Made by a program: the position numbers and the translations under genes. A stretch of DNA of 64,000 nt from Azolla caroliniana (Eukaryota; Plantae; Polypodiophyta). The notes beneath the pieces were generated by a model that ran no database searches, was not told the DNA's origin, and worked only from the letters and a program-made list of their open reading frames with translations. Below are positions 10,294 to 22,847 of the stretch, piece after piece. Position 1 is the stretch's first letter, and each line of letters begins with the position of its first letter. The stretch spans positions 11,222,001 through 11,286,000 of the forward strand of contig JBHGNT010000009.1 of the NCBI GenBank assembly GCA_043228905.1, given 5' to 3'.

Positions 10294-13200
10294 CCGGTTC
10301 CAGCGGATACACAATCAGCTCAGCCGGACACCACCGGAGGAAGAAACAAAGGCCATATTCTTAGCAGCACTCCGGAAACCCTTACGGACGGTGTGCACCG
10401 TCATCGATTTCCGCACCAGCAGCATAGATCAAGTGATTGACCGAGTTTGGGAAATGGAAAACTTGAGTTCATGGCTAACCATGGGCGCACTGCAGCGTAC
10501 GCTACCGACGGAAGAGGACCTCCGTTTCCGACAAGCAGTTCAATGTATGATATGCCTGAATGCCGGACATTCAGCGTTGGAATGCACCATGCGTTCCCAA
10601 TGCTTGCTCTGCCACTCCAGAAGTCACACAATGGAACGGTGTGAGTATAACTTGTTAAATCGACAAGCACCACCGGTCCGGCAAATTGAACCACGGAGCA
10701 ACCGAGAGGAAGAAGAAGAACAATGGTGGCGAGAGGAGCGCTACCGGCCAGCACAAGATGTCTGGTATAGCGATCGAAGACACGCGTATGACCGGTATGA
10801 TAGACAGGATAGGTACCAGGACTATAATGGATGGTATGAAAGATATAACCGGGATCGCTCCCCTGGTTACAACCACCGACAGGACGACTATGGCAAGGAT
10901 GAAGATCAGCCCCGGCAAGGATACCGCACCAAAAAGAATTTCAATAAGAAATGTCATTTCAACAGAAAGGGGGGTCATCCACGAGAACCGGAAAAGGGCG
11001 CTCCGAGCAGCCAACCAAACCAAAACCAAGCACTTGCCCCCGGTCCGCCACCAAGCACACACGCCGAATCCAGCAATGCCCGGAAGCCGTACTGCTATTA
11101 TTGCCAGCAAGAGGGCCACTATAGTAATCAATATCCGGCAAAGAGCTACGACAAGCGACCAGCGGTGAACATGGTAGACACGGAAGTCGCGGACCTACAA
11201 CAAGTCACTACAAGATCAAAAGGCAAAGCCACGGAGTGGGAAACTCAAGAAGCCATCCGAAAGCAGGCAACCGAATGGGTGAAGAAGGCAAATGAGCGGA
11301 ATGCAGCAGAGCTCGAACAAAAGGTGAATGCCGAAGAACTCGCCGGCTCGGGGCAACCCGAAAACCCAACAGGGCAGGCGTTACAAGAATGCCAAATCAC
11401 ATTGCCGTTAGGCCGGCTATTGCAACTGGTACCACGGTTCACGGAAGGACTGAAGACCGGAAGGACGACAGCTGACACACCACCGGCTCCGGCATTCTTT
11501 TCAAATCCGGAGGAAGGACCGGCAGTGGTGGACACAAGCAGTCCAGCAATCATAGCCATCGTGAAGGGAAAAGAGCTACCCGGCATGATTATCGATGGAG
11601 GATCCGGCGTGAACATGATCAGCCTCCGAACGTGTAACACGCTAGCGGATGGCGGACACTAGCTCAGTACGGCCGACCGGATTAATACGCGATATGGAAG
11701 TGACCATCGGGGGTCACACATTTCGCATTTCCATAGTTCTCTAGCTACAAGCTCAGGGAGCTTACCCACTATTGTTGGGACGGCCCTGGTTTAAAACGGC
11801 ACACATAAAGCAAAATTGGAGGAAGAACATAATTACGTTCCAGTGTGGAAAAGCGAAAGTACGAGTACGGACTCAACCACGATCCAGTACCGGCAAGGAA
11901 TCAATGTCGCTATATGCGGAATTTGTTAACATGCTGGAAGGATTGGCGGACGAAGAGGTCGATCAATACTTACAGGAAAATCCGAAGATCGTACCTCTGT
12001 TCGAGATTGATGTAGCCAAAGCAGTATCACCGTACGTACTGCAACCGGACGAGACCGACAAGGAACCGGATAAAGAGGCAATCCGGGAATTACGGCAAGC
12101 ACAGGAGGCACTGGAAAAAGAAATGGCAGTATCACAGCGCGTGAAAGCATCCCAGCTAGAAGAGGTAAACCTAAGTACCACAGAGGACACAAGACCGGTG
12201 CACATCGCCAAGGAAATGACTTCGGAGAACAAAACGGCAATGATCACACTCCTAAAAGAATTTCATGATGTGTTCACCTGGTCCTACGAAGACATGCTAG
12301 GACTCGATCCTCAGTTATATCAATACCAGATACATCTTAGCAAAGACGCCAAACCGGTAGCGCAACGGCGTTACCGGATGAACCCGAATTACGCAGCAAA
12401 GGTCAAAGAAGAAATCGACAAGTTGCTGAGAGTGGGTTTCATCTGACCGGTAAAGAAAGCCACATGGCTTAGCCCGATAGTGGTAGTACCCAAAAAGAAC
12501 GGTAAGATCAGAGTGTGCGTCGACTACCGGAAATTGAATGCGGCTACGGTAACAGACGCCTTCCCACTTCCATTCACGGATGGAGTCCTGGATGCAGTCG
12601 TCCGTCATAAGGTGTACAGTTTTCTGGATGGTTTCAGCGGCTATAATTAGATCCGGATGCACCCCGCCGACCAGGAGAAAACAACTTTTGTCACCGAATG
12701 GGGAGTCTTTGTTGTCGTAGTGATGATGTTCGGACTGAAAACAGCAACGGCACCGGCAGGTGTTTTTGGATGACTTCGTTGTTTATAGCTAGGAAGGGGA
12801 TCACCTTCAACACCTCCGACTATGCCTAGAAAAATGTAGGGTTTACCGACTAAGCCTGAACCCGGCAAAATGTGTGTTCAGAGTAACCAGCGGAGCATTA
12901 TTGGGCCACATAGTGAGCAAGGACGGTATCGCAGTGGATCCGGACAAAGTAAAAGCAATCCTGGAGGCACCGGCACCAGCCACAGCACAGGCACTAAGCC
13001 GGTTCTTAGGACAAATTTGGTGGCATAGCCGAATGCTCCGGTATCTGGCAGACCTGGCTACACCACTGCATGCCGCAGTACATCGGACACAAAAGACCAA
13101 GCTTACCGGGCACTAAAAGTATTGTTGTCACAAGCGCCGATGGTGCAACCTCCGGATTGGTCCAAAGAGTTCCATGTGTTCGTTGACGCGTCCGACATTG

Positions 13201-15049
13201 CAATCGGGAGCGCACTGATGCAACTGACAGAACCAAAATGGTACCGGCTAGTCTATTATGCCAGCCGGAAGTTGTCCCAAGCGGAACATAATTATTCCAC
13301 GACGGAAAGGGAGGCTTTGGGAATGATCTACAGTGTCACCAAGTTTAGACACTATCTGTTGGGAAGGAAATTTTCCTTTCACGTAGATCATTCGACGCTC
13401 CTCTATTTGGTGTCCAAAGCATCACTTGCCGGTAAGCTGGCCCGGTGGACGTTACTACTGCAAGAATTCGAGTTCGAGATATTCCACCGACCCGGCATAC
13501 AGCATGCGGTAGCGGACTATTTATGCCGGCTAGATTCCGGCGAAACCGGTGATGGAGTCCCAGACGACTTTCCGGATGCAGAGCTGTTTAGAGTCATAGC
13601 AAAAACGGCAACAGACAGTTCGGTCGTAGAGGAAGACAAGTGGCTCACCAATATGCACCAATTTCTGAGCATCGATTTACCTCTGGAGGAGATGAATAGA
13701 GACGAAAGGAAACGCTTAGCGGTTCAAAGCTGGCACTTCTGTCTAGTGCAGGACACACTGTACCACAAAGGCGCAAATGGCATATGGCGGCGTGCAGTGC
13801 GCAGTGATGAAAAGGAAGTAATATTGCGCGAGGCACACTATGGCGTGGCCGGAGGACATTATGCCGGAGACGCTACGGCAGGGAAAATATGGCAGAGTGG
13901 ACTATGGTGGCCAACAACATTCAAAGATGTAGTCCGGTACGCTAAAGAATGAGACCTATGTCAACAAATGGGGCAACCAACCGAACAAGCCAGAATGCCT
14001 CACCTGCCCGTGCTACTGTTAGAACCATTTCAGAAATGGGGGCTAGATTTTGTCGGTCCGTTCAAACCATCGACAATGAGAACCGGCAACCGGTACATGA
14101 TCGTCACTACGGATTATTGCACGAAATGGGTGGAAGCGAAAGCACTACGCGACAACACCGCGACATCCACGGCAAAAATTTTATATGAATGCATCTGGTG
14201 CCGATATGGATGTCCGAAAGAGCTCATAAGTGACCACGGTGGGCACTTCTTAGGGCAAGTAGTGGAAAGTTTGACGACATTTTATGCGGTGGTGCACAAA
14301 CGGAGCCCTCCCTATTATCCGCAAGCCAACGGATTAGCAAAGTCAACAAATAAAACACTACAGAATATCTTGCGGAAAATCGTCAATGAGAACCAGACGG
14401 ATTGGGATACAAAGCTGCACAATGCACTCTAGGCCTACCGAACGGCATATAAAACAAGTATCCGCACAACACCGTTCTGCTTAGCATTCGGATTAGAAGC
14501 AGTGATGTTGGTAGAGTTCCAGGTCCCAAGTTTACGAATACAGATTCGGGAACGCCTAAATGAGAAGGAATCGGAAGCTATCCGGTTAAACGCGTTGTGC
14601 GAATTGGAAGAACACTAGCTAGCCAGCATCATGCACCTAGAACTAGAGCAGCGACGAAGGAAGGCGTTCGTGGATCGTCACCGAAAAGGGAACGAAAAGA
14701 TGTTCAGCATCAGTAAGCCGGTACTCGTATTCCAAACCCGGATGGGTAAGATGCTGGGAAAGCTACGGTTTCGGTGGACCGAACCATACTAGATTACGCG
14801 AGAGTTCAACGGTTCCTACCAATTAGGGACACTCGTCGGCAAGGTTCTGGGTAAATGGGTCAACGGGTTCCGACTCAAACCATACAATGGACCCATGCCA
14901 AGAAACCCATTTGAACAAGTGAAGGGCGACACAAAACCAGACACCGGTAAGTCGAAAGCGCCGACAAGCGGTCCAGCGTCCGGCAAGAATCACAATCCGG
15001 ATAGGGGTCCAATGGGACCGGTTGCTAATTAGCAAAACCATTTATTATC

Positions 15050-15121
15050 AAAAAGAAAGAAAGAAAGAAAGAAATCAAATCAAATCAAATCAAATCAAAT
15101 CAAATCAAATCAAAGTAAATC
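15050..15121. repeat. Compound microsatellite (AAAG)n(AAATC)n between pol and the extra ORF of gypsy A
   Basis: Directly visible. Confidence 0.9.
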
Positions 15122-15458
15122 ATGCAAGGGCGAGGGGTGAACGGACACATGCAAAAAGAAGGAGTGAACAAGCACTTTGAAAAGGTATGTAGTGGGCTAT
15201 TAATAGGGTATTAAACCGCCGCCACATGGCACGTCATTCTATTTTAGTACACGACGTGCACATGCGCGGGTAATGAAAAAAGAAAAAACAGGCGCCAACA
15301 TGCAACAAGAAGACCCCCGCCACATAGAAACCCTCACATTTCGCAAACAGAGGAGCACAAACGCAGACAGGTGATTAAAGATCAGCAAACGCGAACCCAC
15401 GCACACAGAGACTCCTCACACACAACCCTCACCAACGCTCACTGACCTCGACGAAGCC

Positions 15459-18270
15459 ATGGACTGCCAAGCACTCTCTGAAGCAGCCAAGAAGTGGCTA
15501 AGGAAACACGGCTTAGAGGGTTTCCTCACCATCATGGAGGCGCCACCGCACCGGGAGGCGAAAAAGATAGTCAAAGAAATCGACACGGAGCTGATTACTG
15601 AGGAGGCCATCCATGCGTTGATTGGCCTTCTGGAAGGGGGAATCTTCACTATCGACAACCCTACCCCGGAATAGCTCCAAAAATACTTTGGGGAATACTC
15701 TCTGGCAAGCAAGGCCTACCGGACACAAGGCGGCGAAGATCCTCTCTTTCGAGAGATTGCCCGGGTGCTCCATGAATTCGGACATGTATACCCTCGACCC
15801 CCCTGCATGCCCCAGAACCGGGCCAGCTTAATCATAGCCACATATGAAGGCGTGAAGGTGGACTGGGCAGTACTGATTGCGGCCATCCACTCTGTTAGAG
15901 GCAAAGAGGGTCGGAAGATATGGACGGCGTTGGCGCAATCACTCACTCTATTGGCGCCACCTATCGAGCCCGTCAAGACCACGAAGCGGGGAAGAACAAT
16001 TGAAGGCACCCCGAAAACAACCTCTAAACGGCAACAGTTGTTGGCGTCTAAGGCAACCAAAGGGAAGGCGGCTGACACGGACCAGGCGGCAAAGGAGTGT
16101 GCCAACAGGAAGCGGCAGGCGGAAACGCAGGACGAGCCACCGGTGCAGCCAATCAAGATTAGGCTTAGCCGACCGGTTCAACAAGCGTCGGACCTCTTGG
16201 CAGCGAAAATCAACATCGAGACTTAGGAGGAGGAACCGTTAGAGCACCTCTAGCGGCGCCAGAAGGCAAGCACATCCGAACATGCCGGGGAGCGTTCGGA
16301 CCCAAAGAAGGATGGAACGCTTGTACCCCGCCCTGAGCAGCCCGCACCAAGGATAGAACCGGCCACAGAGCCCCCTCCACAACAACCTCTACCGGCGGGT
16401 CAGGATACGGCAAGACCCGATATGCAAGCGCCGGAAGTATAGTTGCCGACCCCACCGGCAGGCCAAGAGCGTTCAGAGGCGGAGCGGCCAACGGAGCGGC
16501 AACCAAAAATGGCAAAGTGGTCACCAACAAGAGCCAGAGTTGCAGCTCGACGCAACTGGACAAAACCGACCACTAGCCAGCGACACCAATAGCCAACCCT
16601 CTAGGCAAACGCAACAACAAGGCACCGGCAGCCAATGGCTCCGGTGGATTGGAGAACAGATTGATGGAGTGGTACACTACATAGAGGCGGAAGAGAAAGC
16701 GTAGATGGATCGGTTGCTTGTCACGACCAGAGAACTAGAGACGACCCGGTCAAGGATCCGCAGCCTAGAACAAGACTTGGACCTAGCCACAGAAGAATTG
16801 GCCAAAATGGCCTTAACTGGACCACAGCTCCAAGCACCGGTGACCCCGGTCGATGTACAGAATAAAGAAGCACCAGCACCTGTACATAGCAATAAGACCC
16901 TGGAGACGGAAACAGTCCCAGAGATTGTGGTAGCGCAAGCAAAGGAGCTTGTTGAATTAAGAGATGAACTGGCCGCACATGAAGCATTACGGACCCGAGA
17001 GCGGGACTTGAAGAAAGCGGCAGAAGAAGAGCAACGAAAGACTGCTGAGAACCTCCGCAGGGCAGAAGAGAATCTGCGGAAAGGACATCAAGCCTATGAC
17101 TGGCTGAAGGAGGAGAAAGAGAAGGTGCTACAAGAAAAGGAGAAGCTGTGACGGATGGCGGAAACAGAGATCGAAAGGCTGAAAGAAGAACTCCGTCAGC
17201 AAAAGGTCCGGGAAGACCACGCTCGCCGGCAACTCAACCAAAAGCTGAAGCAGAAAACCGATGATTTTGAGCACCTGCATCGGGACTACAAGCACCTGGA
17301 TACAGAGCATAAGAAATAGTAGGAGAAGATGGTAGAGCTCCTACAGGAGGTACATCAGGTTGAGACGGCGTTGGCGGAGGAACGGGCTGAAAGAACCACG
17401 CTGCTGGAGGAAGCCGCGCAAGAACGGATGGAGTTGCATAAGCAGCATTATGAAGAGAAGGAAAGAGCGACGATGATCTTGCAAAGGCTGCATAACACTT
17501 ATCAAACCCAACTGTCACATTGCCAGGAGCAGGAGGTGGATACGGTGGCACTCATCAAGCAGTTGAAGGACGAACGGCAAGCCGCAGAGGACAAATCAAA
17601 GATGGGATTGGAGCGGATCCAGTTCATTGTCCAGGCATGGAGGAACAAGACCAAATGCTTGATTGACGAAAGCTCCACGCAATGGTGGGACAAATGGGCA
17701 AAGCACACAGCCGAGCTCCAGTTGCTACGGGCAGACACGGAAAACCGGAAGAAGGATGGCGACGACTGCTACATGCTAACGAAGGAGGACTTCACCGCCG
17801 TCAGAGAGGACTTAGCCGAAGATTTTATAACTATGGCGGAGGAGTAGGTAGCAGTGGTCCGGCAACTTGTAGCCCAGCTAGATGATGATCGACTGGATGC
17901 TCAAATCCAGTTTGAGAGCTATGAGCGGACCAGGCTACGGAGAGAAGAAGCAAAGCAGGCGGCGATCGTCAACCTCAGCGATGAGGAGCCATCACCAGAG
18001 CAAGGACCGGATGGAGACAAGGCCGGGACGAGTCAACCGGAGTCAAATCCAACGGAGCAGCTAACGGAGGAATCACTGCCACAACCGCCGGTACCGGGAG
18101 CCGAACAGACGCCCTCTCAAGAGCAACAGCAACCACAACAGCAACAACAATAGCAGCCACAACAGCAACAACAATAGTAGCCGCAACAACAACAACAACA
18201 ACAACCGAATTCTGAACAACCATTGGATACCCTAGAGCATAGTATTATGGACATCTTGGACAAAGGCTAA
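15459..18270 (+). pseudogene. Degenerate additional ORF (about 900 codons) of gypsy A: globular N-terminus, Pro-rich linker, long coiled coil, poly-Q tail
   Basis: ORF pieces 15459-15674 and 15765-16226 share one frame; 16705-17151, 17329-17847 and 17854-18153 share another; most breaks are TAG/TGA stops; the frame ends at TAA 18270, 53 bp before the 3' LTR. Confidence 0.75.
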
Positions 18271-18323
18271 GGGCCGGATAGTGGGATTCGACGTACAAGG
18301 TACTGTCCCACGGGCGTGCCATG

Positions 18324-18770
18324 TGTTACTCGGCCGGCAAAGGAGCAGAAACCAGAATGTGAAAGGGATGGTTATTCAGAATATATTTAATTAAGTAGAT
18401 TAGATTATAATTATGTAGTGAACATACATACCGGAATCGGTATGCCGATCTGGATCCGGACAGATTCCGAACAGGTGCCGGTTGGCACCGTTTTGTACGC
18501 AGCAACAGTGACCTATATAAAGGCCCGGTTACAATGTATAACTTTAATGGAGAATTAATATAAGCTTCTTGTTTTATCTTCACGTATTTATTACCGTTCT
18601 GAATTAATTGTTATATCTTACGCGTGTATTAAGTGTATGCCTTATTGCTAAGTAGCTAATTAAGTCGAAGTAATCATTGTGTCTTAAGTTATCTCGCCGT
18701 AACACCCTTTGGTGAAGTGTCTTCCGGAGACACCCAGTGTTAGGCCATTGTTCGGCCCTAAGGATTAACA
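18324..18770 (+). repeat. 3' LTR of gypsy A
   Basis: Direct repeat of 2361-2807, followed by TSD GAGAT. Confidence 0.95.
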
Positions 18771-20410
18771 GAGATGTCCCTCAGAGTCATGTCGGTCAGA
18801 GAGGAATCATGAGGAATGTCTTGCATGCGCCGACAATCACCAAGAGCTTGGTGTTGGTCAGATAAATTGTCGACTAGGGCATGCAAGTTCGATTTACTCA
18901 CCTCGGGTGCTTCATAGAGGAAGAAGGCAAGATCATTGCGCAAGGGCGCAAAGAAGGGACGATGTTTGTCCTCCAAACAAATGATGTTGGAACCGCCATT
19001 TTCGCAAAGGGGCAAAAAGTCGAATAAGATATCGACTTGTGGCACAAGCGGTTCCGCCAGGTCAACTTCATACGGTTTCGAGAGATGTAGACGAAAAACA
19101 TCGTTTTCAACTTGCCGAAATTCAGTGACAGAAAGGGCTAGGTCTGCGAAGCCTACCAATTAGGGAAGCATCACCAAGTTCCGTTCCCAAATAAAAGAAA
19201 TCGGAGCTGAAACAAGCTCGATTTAATCCATTCGGATGTATGGGGATTGACGTAGAACGTGAGTATTGGTGGAGGTCGTTATTTTGTAACCTTCATCGAT
19301 GACTACACTCAGCATAGTTGGGTGTGCTTGATCAAGAAGAAAAGCGAAGTCTTCTCCTGCTTCTTGAAGGTGAAAAGCCTTGTTGAATGGGAGACCGATC
19401 AAAAGATCAAGTGCCTAAGGTCTGATGGTGGAAAAGAGTACTTTTTCGACCAGTTCTCTGGCTATATATAGAAGGAGGGAATTCGAAACGAATTCTCTTG
19501 CAGATACACACCAAGGCAGAATTGTGTGACCGGGTAGAAGAATCGAACAATCGAAGAAGCAACAAGGGCAATGCTTGAGGAGAAGCATATGTCGAAGTTC
19601 TACTAGGTCGAAGCAGTTAGAACTGTCATTTACCAGTAGAATCAGACATCTGCAAATTGAGGAGTGTCGCCACATGAGCTGTACTTCGGGAAGAAGCCGA
19701 GTTTGGCAAACTTGAGGGTATTCAGTAGCATAACATATATGCATATGCCGAAGGAGAAGCGCCGGAAGTTAGATGCCAGAGCCAAGAAGGGTGACTTGGT
19801 TGGCTACTCGGATGAGCAAAAGGGTTATAAATGTTATAATCCCTGAACAAAAGAGGTCTGAGTAAGCTGAGATGTCATTTTCGATGAGTTGGCTTCGTGA
19901 TACTTGTCTTCACCTCCACCCCCATCCACTCCATTCCGAATTCTGAGGATGTGGCCAGTGAGGCCAAGTTTCCCCTGGAAGATGAAGCAATCAGAGCTCT
20001 AGAGGAGAGTCTGATTTCATTTCAGCTAAGCGGGCCGAATGAAGAGCTGTGTCGGGAAGACCAGTAGGATGAAGAGGCGGCGAGTAGTGGAGACTTGGTC
20101 GTGCTCTCCCCGTGCAAGGACCCGAGGAGACGGTTCAAGCGCAAAGAGAAGGGGAAGAAGAAGATGTCGGAATACGACACTGGCAAGGAAGAGTCGGACC
20201 GAAGTGAATCCAACTCCAGAAAGAGCAAGGAGGGACATCTGAAGACGAGGTAGAAGTCAGCCAAGAGGGCCATGAAATCAACGAACCGGAAGTTACGTTG
20301 ATCCGCCTGCGAGAAGAATCCCGTGATCCGGTGCAAATACAATGATTCTATGGCGCATCATTATGCATACATGGAAAAGATGGCAACAATGCGTGAGCCA
20401 GAGGGTTATG

Positions 20411-20852
20411 CAGAAGCGGCCAAGGATCCGAATTGGAAAAAGGCCGAGTATCAAGGGGCGGATGTTGCCACGTGTGAAAGCATTTGTCTCAAAAGGCTAT
20501 TTAAGGATTTGCATGTAGAGGTGTCCGAACCACGACAACCTCAACAACATCTAGTTAGTGAAGAACCTTATCTTCCATGCCTGGACAAAGCACATTGAAG
20601 TGCACTATCATTTCATCTGCGAGTGAGTCCTCAGAAGCGGCCAAGGATCCGAATTGGAAAAAGGCCGAGTATCAAGGGGCGGATGTTGCCACGTGTGAAA
20701 GCATTTGTCTCAAAAGGCTATTTAAGGATTTGCATGTAGAGGTGTCCGAACCACGACAACCTCAACAACATCTAGTTAGTGAAGAACCTTGTCTTCCATG
20801 CCTGGACAAAGCACATTGAAGTGCACTATCATTTCGTCTGCGAGTGAGTCCT
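20411..20852 (+). repeat. 221-bp tandem duplication spanning an RT-deletion junction in the copia host
   Basis: 20411-20631 is repeated at 20632-20852; both copies fuse AAKDPNWKK (pre-RT) to AEYQGADVATCE (RNase H). Confidence 0.92.
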
Positions 20853-20911
20853 CTTTGTGAAGTAGAACTTGTGTATGTTCTGATTGATCGGCAAGTTGCC
20901 AATATCTTCGT

Positions 20912-22067
20912 TGTCGTGAAGATTTTCGACAATGGTGTGAAAATTGCATAAAACATACGAAATTGAGTATGAATCATATAAAACAATAATAGTGAAAAGA
21001 CTAGTTTAAATATGTTTAATATCCTAGTACAAAAAGATGGAGGTCTGCAAGAGCTTTCGAATGCACCTTACTACATAAGAAACGGACATCTAAGTCTCAA
21101 GTTATGTGGGTAGGAAGTTTGCAAAGGGAAAGAGAAAAATAAAACTGTGAAATATCCCACATAGAAAGGAAAAGTTTAGGCCCAGCTATATAAGCAGATT
21201 GAGATCCATCATAAATCATCTATGTGTTAAGAGCACATAAGAAATAGTTTGACTTGAGCCACTTTTGTCTAGATGGACATATGTGGCTAAATTGCTAGAT
21301 GTGGCTAAGTGCCCGAACCGGTTAGTGAAGAAACTCAAACCGGCTTACGATAGAACCGGAAATCGGATGGAGTCGACAATCGGTGACCGAATGCATCTGG
21401 CAACCGATGATAGAACCGGTGATCGGTGGTAACCGGCGACATCCGGCGGCCGGATAGATATATAAATAAATATATGTATACACATATATATATACACATG
21501 AGTGCAAGTGTGGATTTGAACCTTGCACCTCCAAGTTGAGAGTCTATAGGTTTACCATTAAGCCAAGACATTTTCTTGAAATAATATTTTTATCATTGTA
21601 ACTTTACATGTAAATTTTCATACATGAGAGCTAAAATGAGTGACGTGGTTATCATGCACCACATGTAATACATGAGCGCCAAATGGCAAACATGCATTTT
21701 ATGCATGTCTTGAACCCTCAAATGCATGAGGGCATCTATAAAAGAGGGGATGAAAAAGACAAAAGGGGGATTTTTTTGTAATGTAAAATTCTTATCAAAG
21801 AAGCTTTGTACTTTATATCAAAATTAATATTAAGAAGAAAATTCGTTATCTAATTGATGTATTAATCTTGTTCTTCAAATCTAAAGTCAAGAGTTCAATC
21901 TTAATCTCTCTCTGAATCTAAAGTCAAGCGTTTAATCTCAATTTCTTTCTCTCTCAATCCATCTTAAATACTTTCTCACTAAAGCTTGTGCAACTTCGAA
22001 TCCTTTCAGTCCAGAACCCCGGTGGTTCTGCCCCGCGATCCACGCGTAGTGACGGAACTTCACGACA
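20912..22067 (+). mobile_element. Solo LTR (1156 bp) related to the B/D lineage, inserted in the copia RNase H end
   Basis: 10-bp terminal inverted repeats TGTCGTGAAG/CTTCACGACA; flanks TCGT and TCGC restore the IFAKP codons; TATA-like CTATAAAAG near 21737. Confidence 0.8.
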
Positions 22068-22847
22068 TCGCCAAACCTCTTGGCCTTGACAAGTTGCGAC
22101 ATTTTTTGAGTATGCTTGGCTTACAACATCTTGAGATGCCAAACTTGAGGGGGATGAGTGAAGCCGAAAAGGAGAGAGACGAAATCCGAAAAGCTGAATC
22201 TGATGAAGAGTTCAATTTCGGCACGACTAAAGAAGTCGGAATGTTCAGATCGGCTGGCAAAGCCAAGGATGCATGGATAGGTGGAAGAAGATCGTCTAAG
22301 ACAAGACTAGCCACATGCAGGAGGAGCGGCTGAAAGAGAGAGTTGAAGCTAGAGCCAACCAAACCAAGGGGAGGAAGAGCCGAGAGAGGCGGCAGAGCCG
22401 AGAAGGGCAGAGCCGACCAAGGAAAGGCCAGAACCAAGACATGGGCAAATGTCATCAAGGGCCTAGGACCAAGACAGCCAATACAGACAAGAGATAGTTG
22501 ATTTGGTCTAGGAGCTCAATTCAGACGAACTGAATCACATGAAGGCCAGGCAGACAAGAAGGGAGCCGAAGCCGACGCTGAAACGGAGGAGCGGACGGGT
22601 CGAGGGGCATCAATACCGCAACAACAAGGGACCTGAGAAGGGCCAATGTAGCAGACAAGCCAACCATAGAGGTTGAGGTGTGTGGGACTAGACGAGTTGA
22701 GTAGCGCCAGACCAGAGGGGTCATAGGACACCGGACCAGAGTGGATGAGGAGCATTAGTGAGGCGTCAAGATGCTAGAAGAGGAGGTTGGAGTGACAAAC
22801 TAGCCAGAGCTAACATGGTGGTACCTCAAGGTGAGCTTGAGGGGGAG

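Larger units (their letters stand above)
2859..15031 (+). pseudogene. gag-pol of gypsy A, interrupted by element B at 3748-10293; multiple stops, frameshifts and small deletions
   Basis: RPPTP-repeat N-terminus; gag frame QQFVIR|FQRIHNQL is restored across the CCGG TSD; CX2CX4HX4C knuckles; protease IIDGGSGVN; RT WLSPIVVVPKKNG; RH VDASDIAIG/NYSTTEREALG; IN WGLDFVGPF, YYPQANG. Confidence 0.9.
2361..18770 (+). mobile_element. Full-length Ty3/gypsy LTR retrotransposon A (non-chromovirus type) with an extra 3' ORF; TSD GAGAT
   Basis: Two 447-bp LTRs TGTTA...TAACA; GAGAT at 2356-2360 and 18771-18775; PBS TGGCGACCAC at 2815-2824 (tRNA-Arg-like); gag-PR-RT-RH-IN order. Confidence 0.95.

Noticed and set aside
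15459-18270. env gene
   Set aside because: No signal peptide or transmembrane helix is visible; the protein is charged coiled coil.
21505-21572. Possible functional tRNA gene (also 53002-53062 and 62689-62749)
   Set aside because: No acceptor stem and a poor anticodon stem; reported only as tRNA-like promoter modules.
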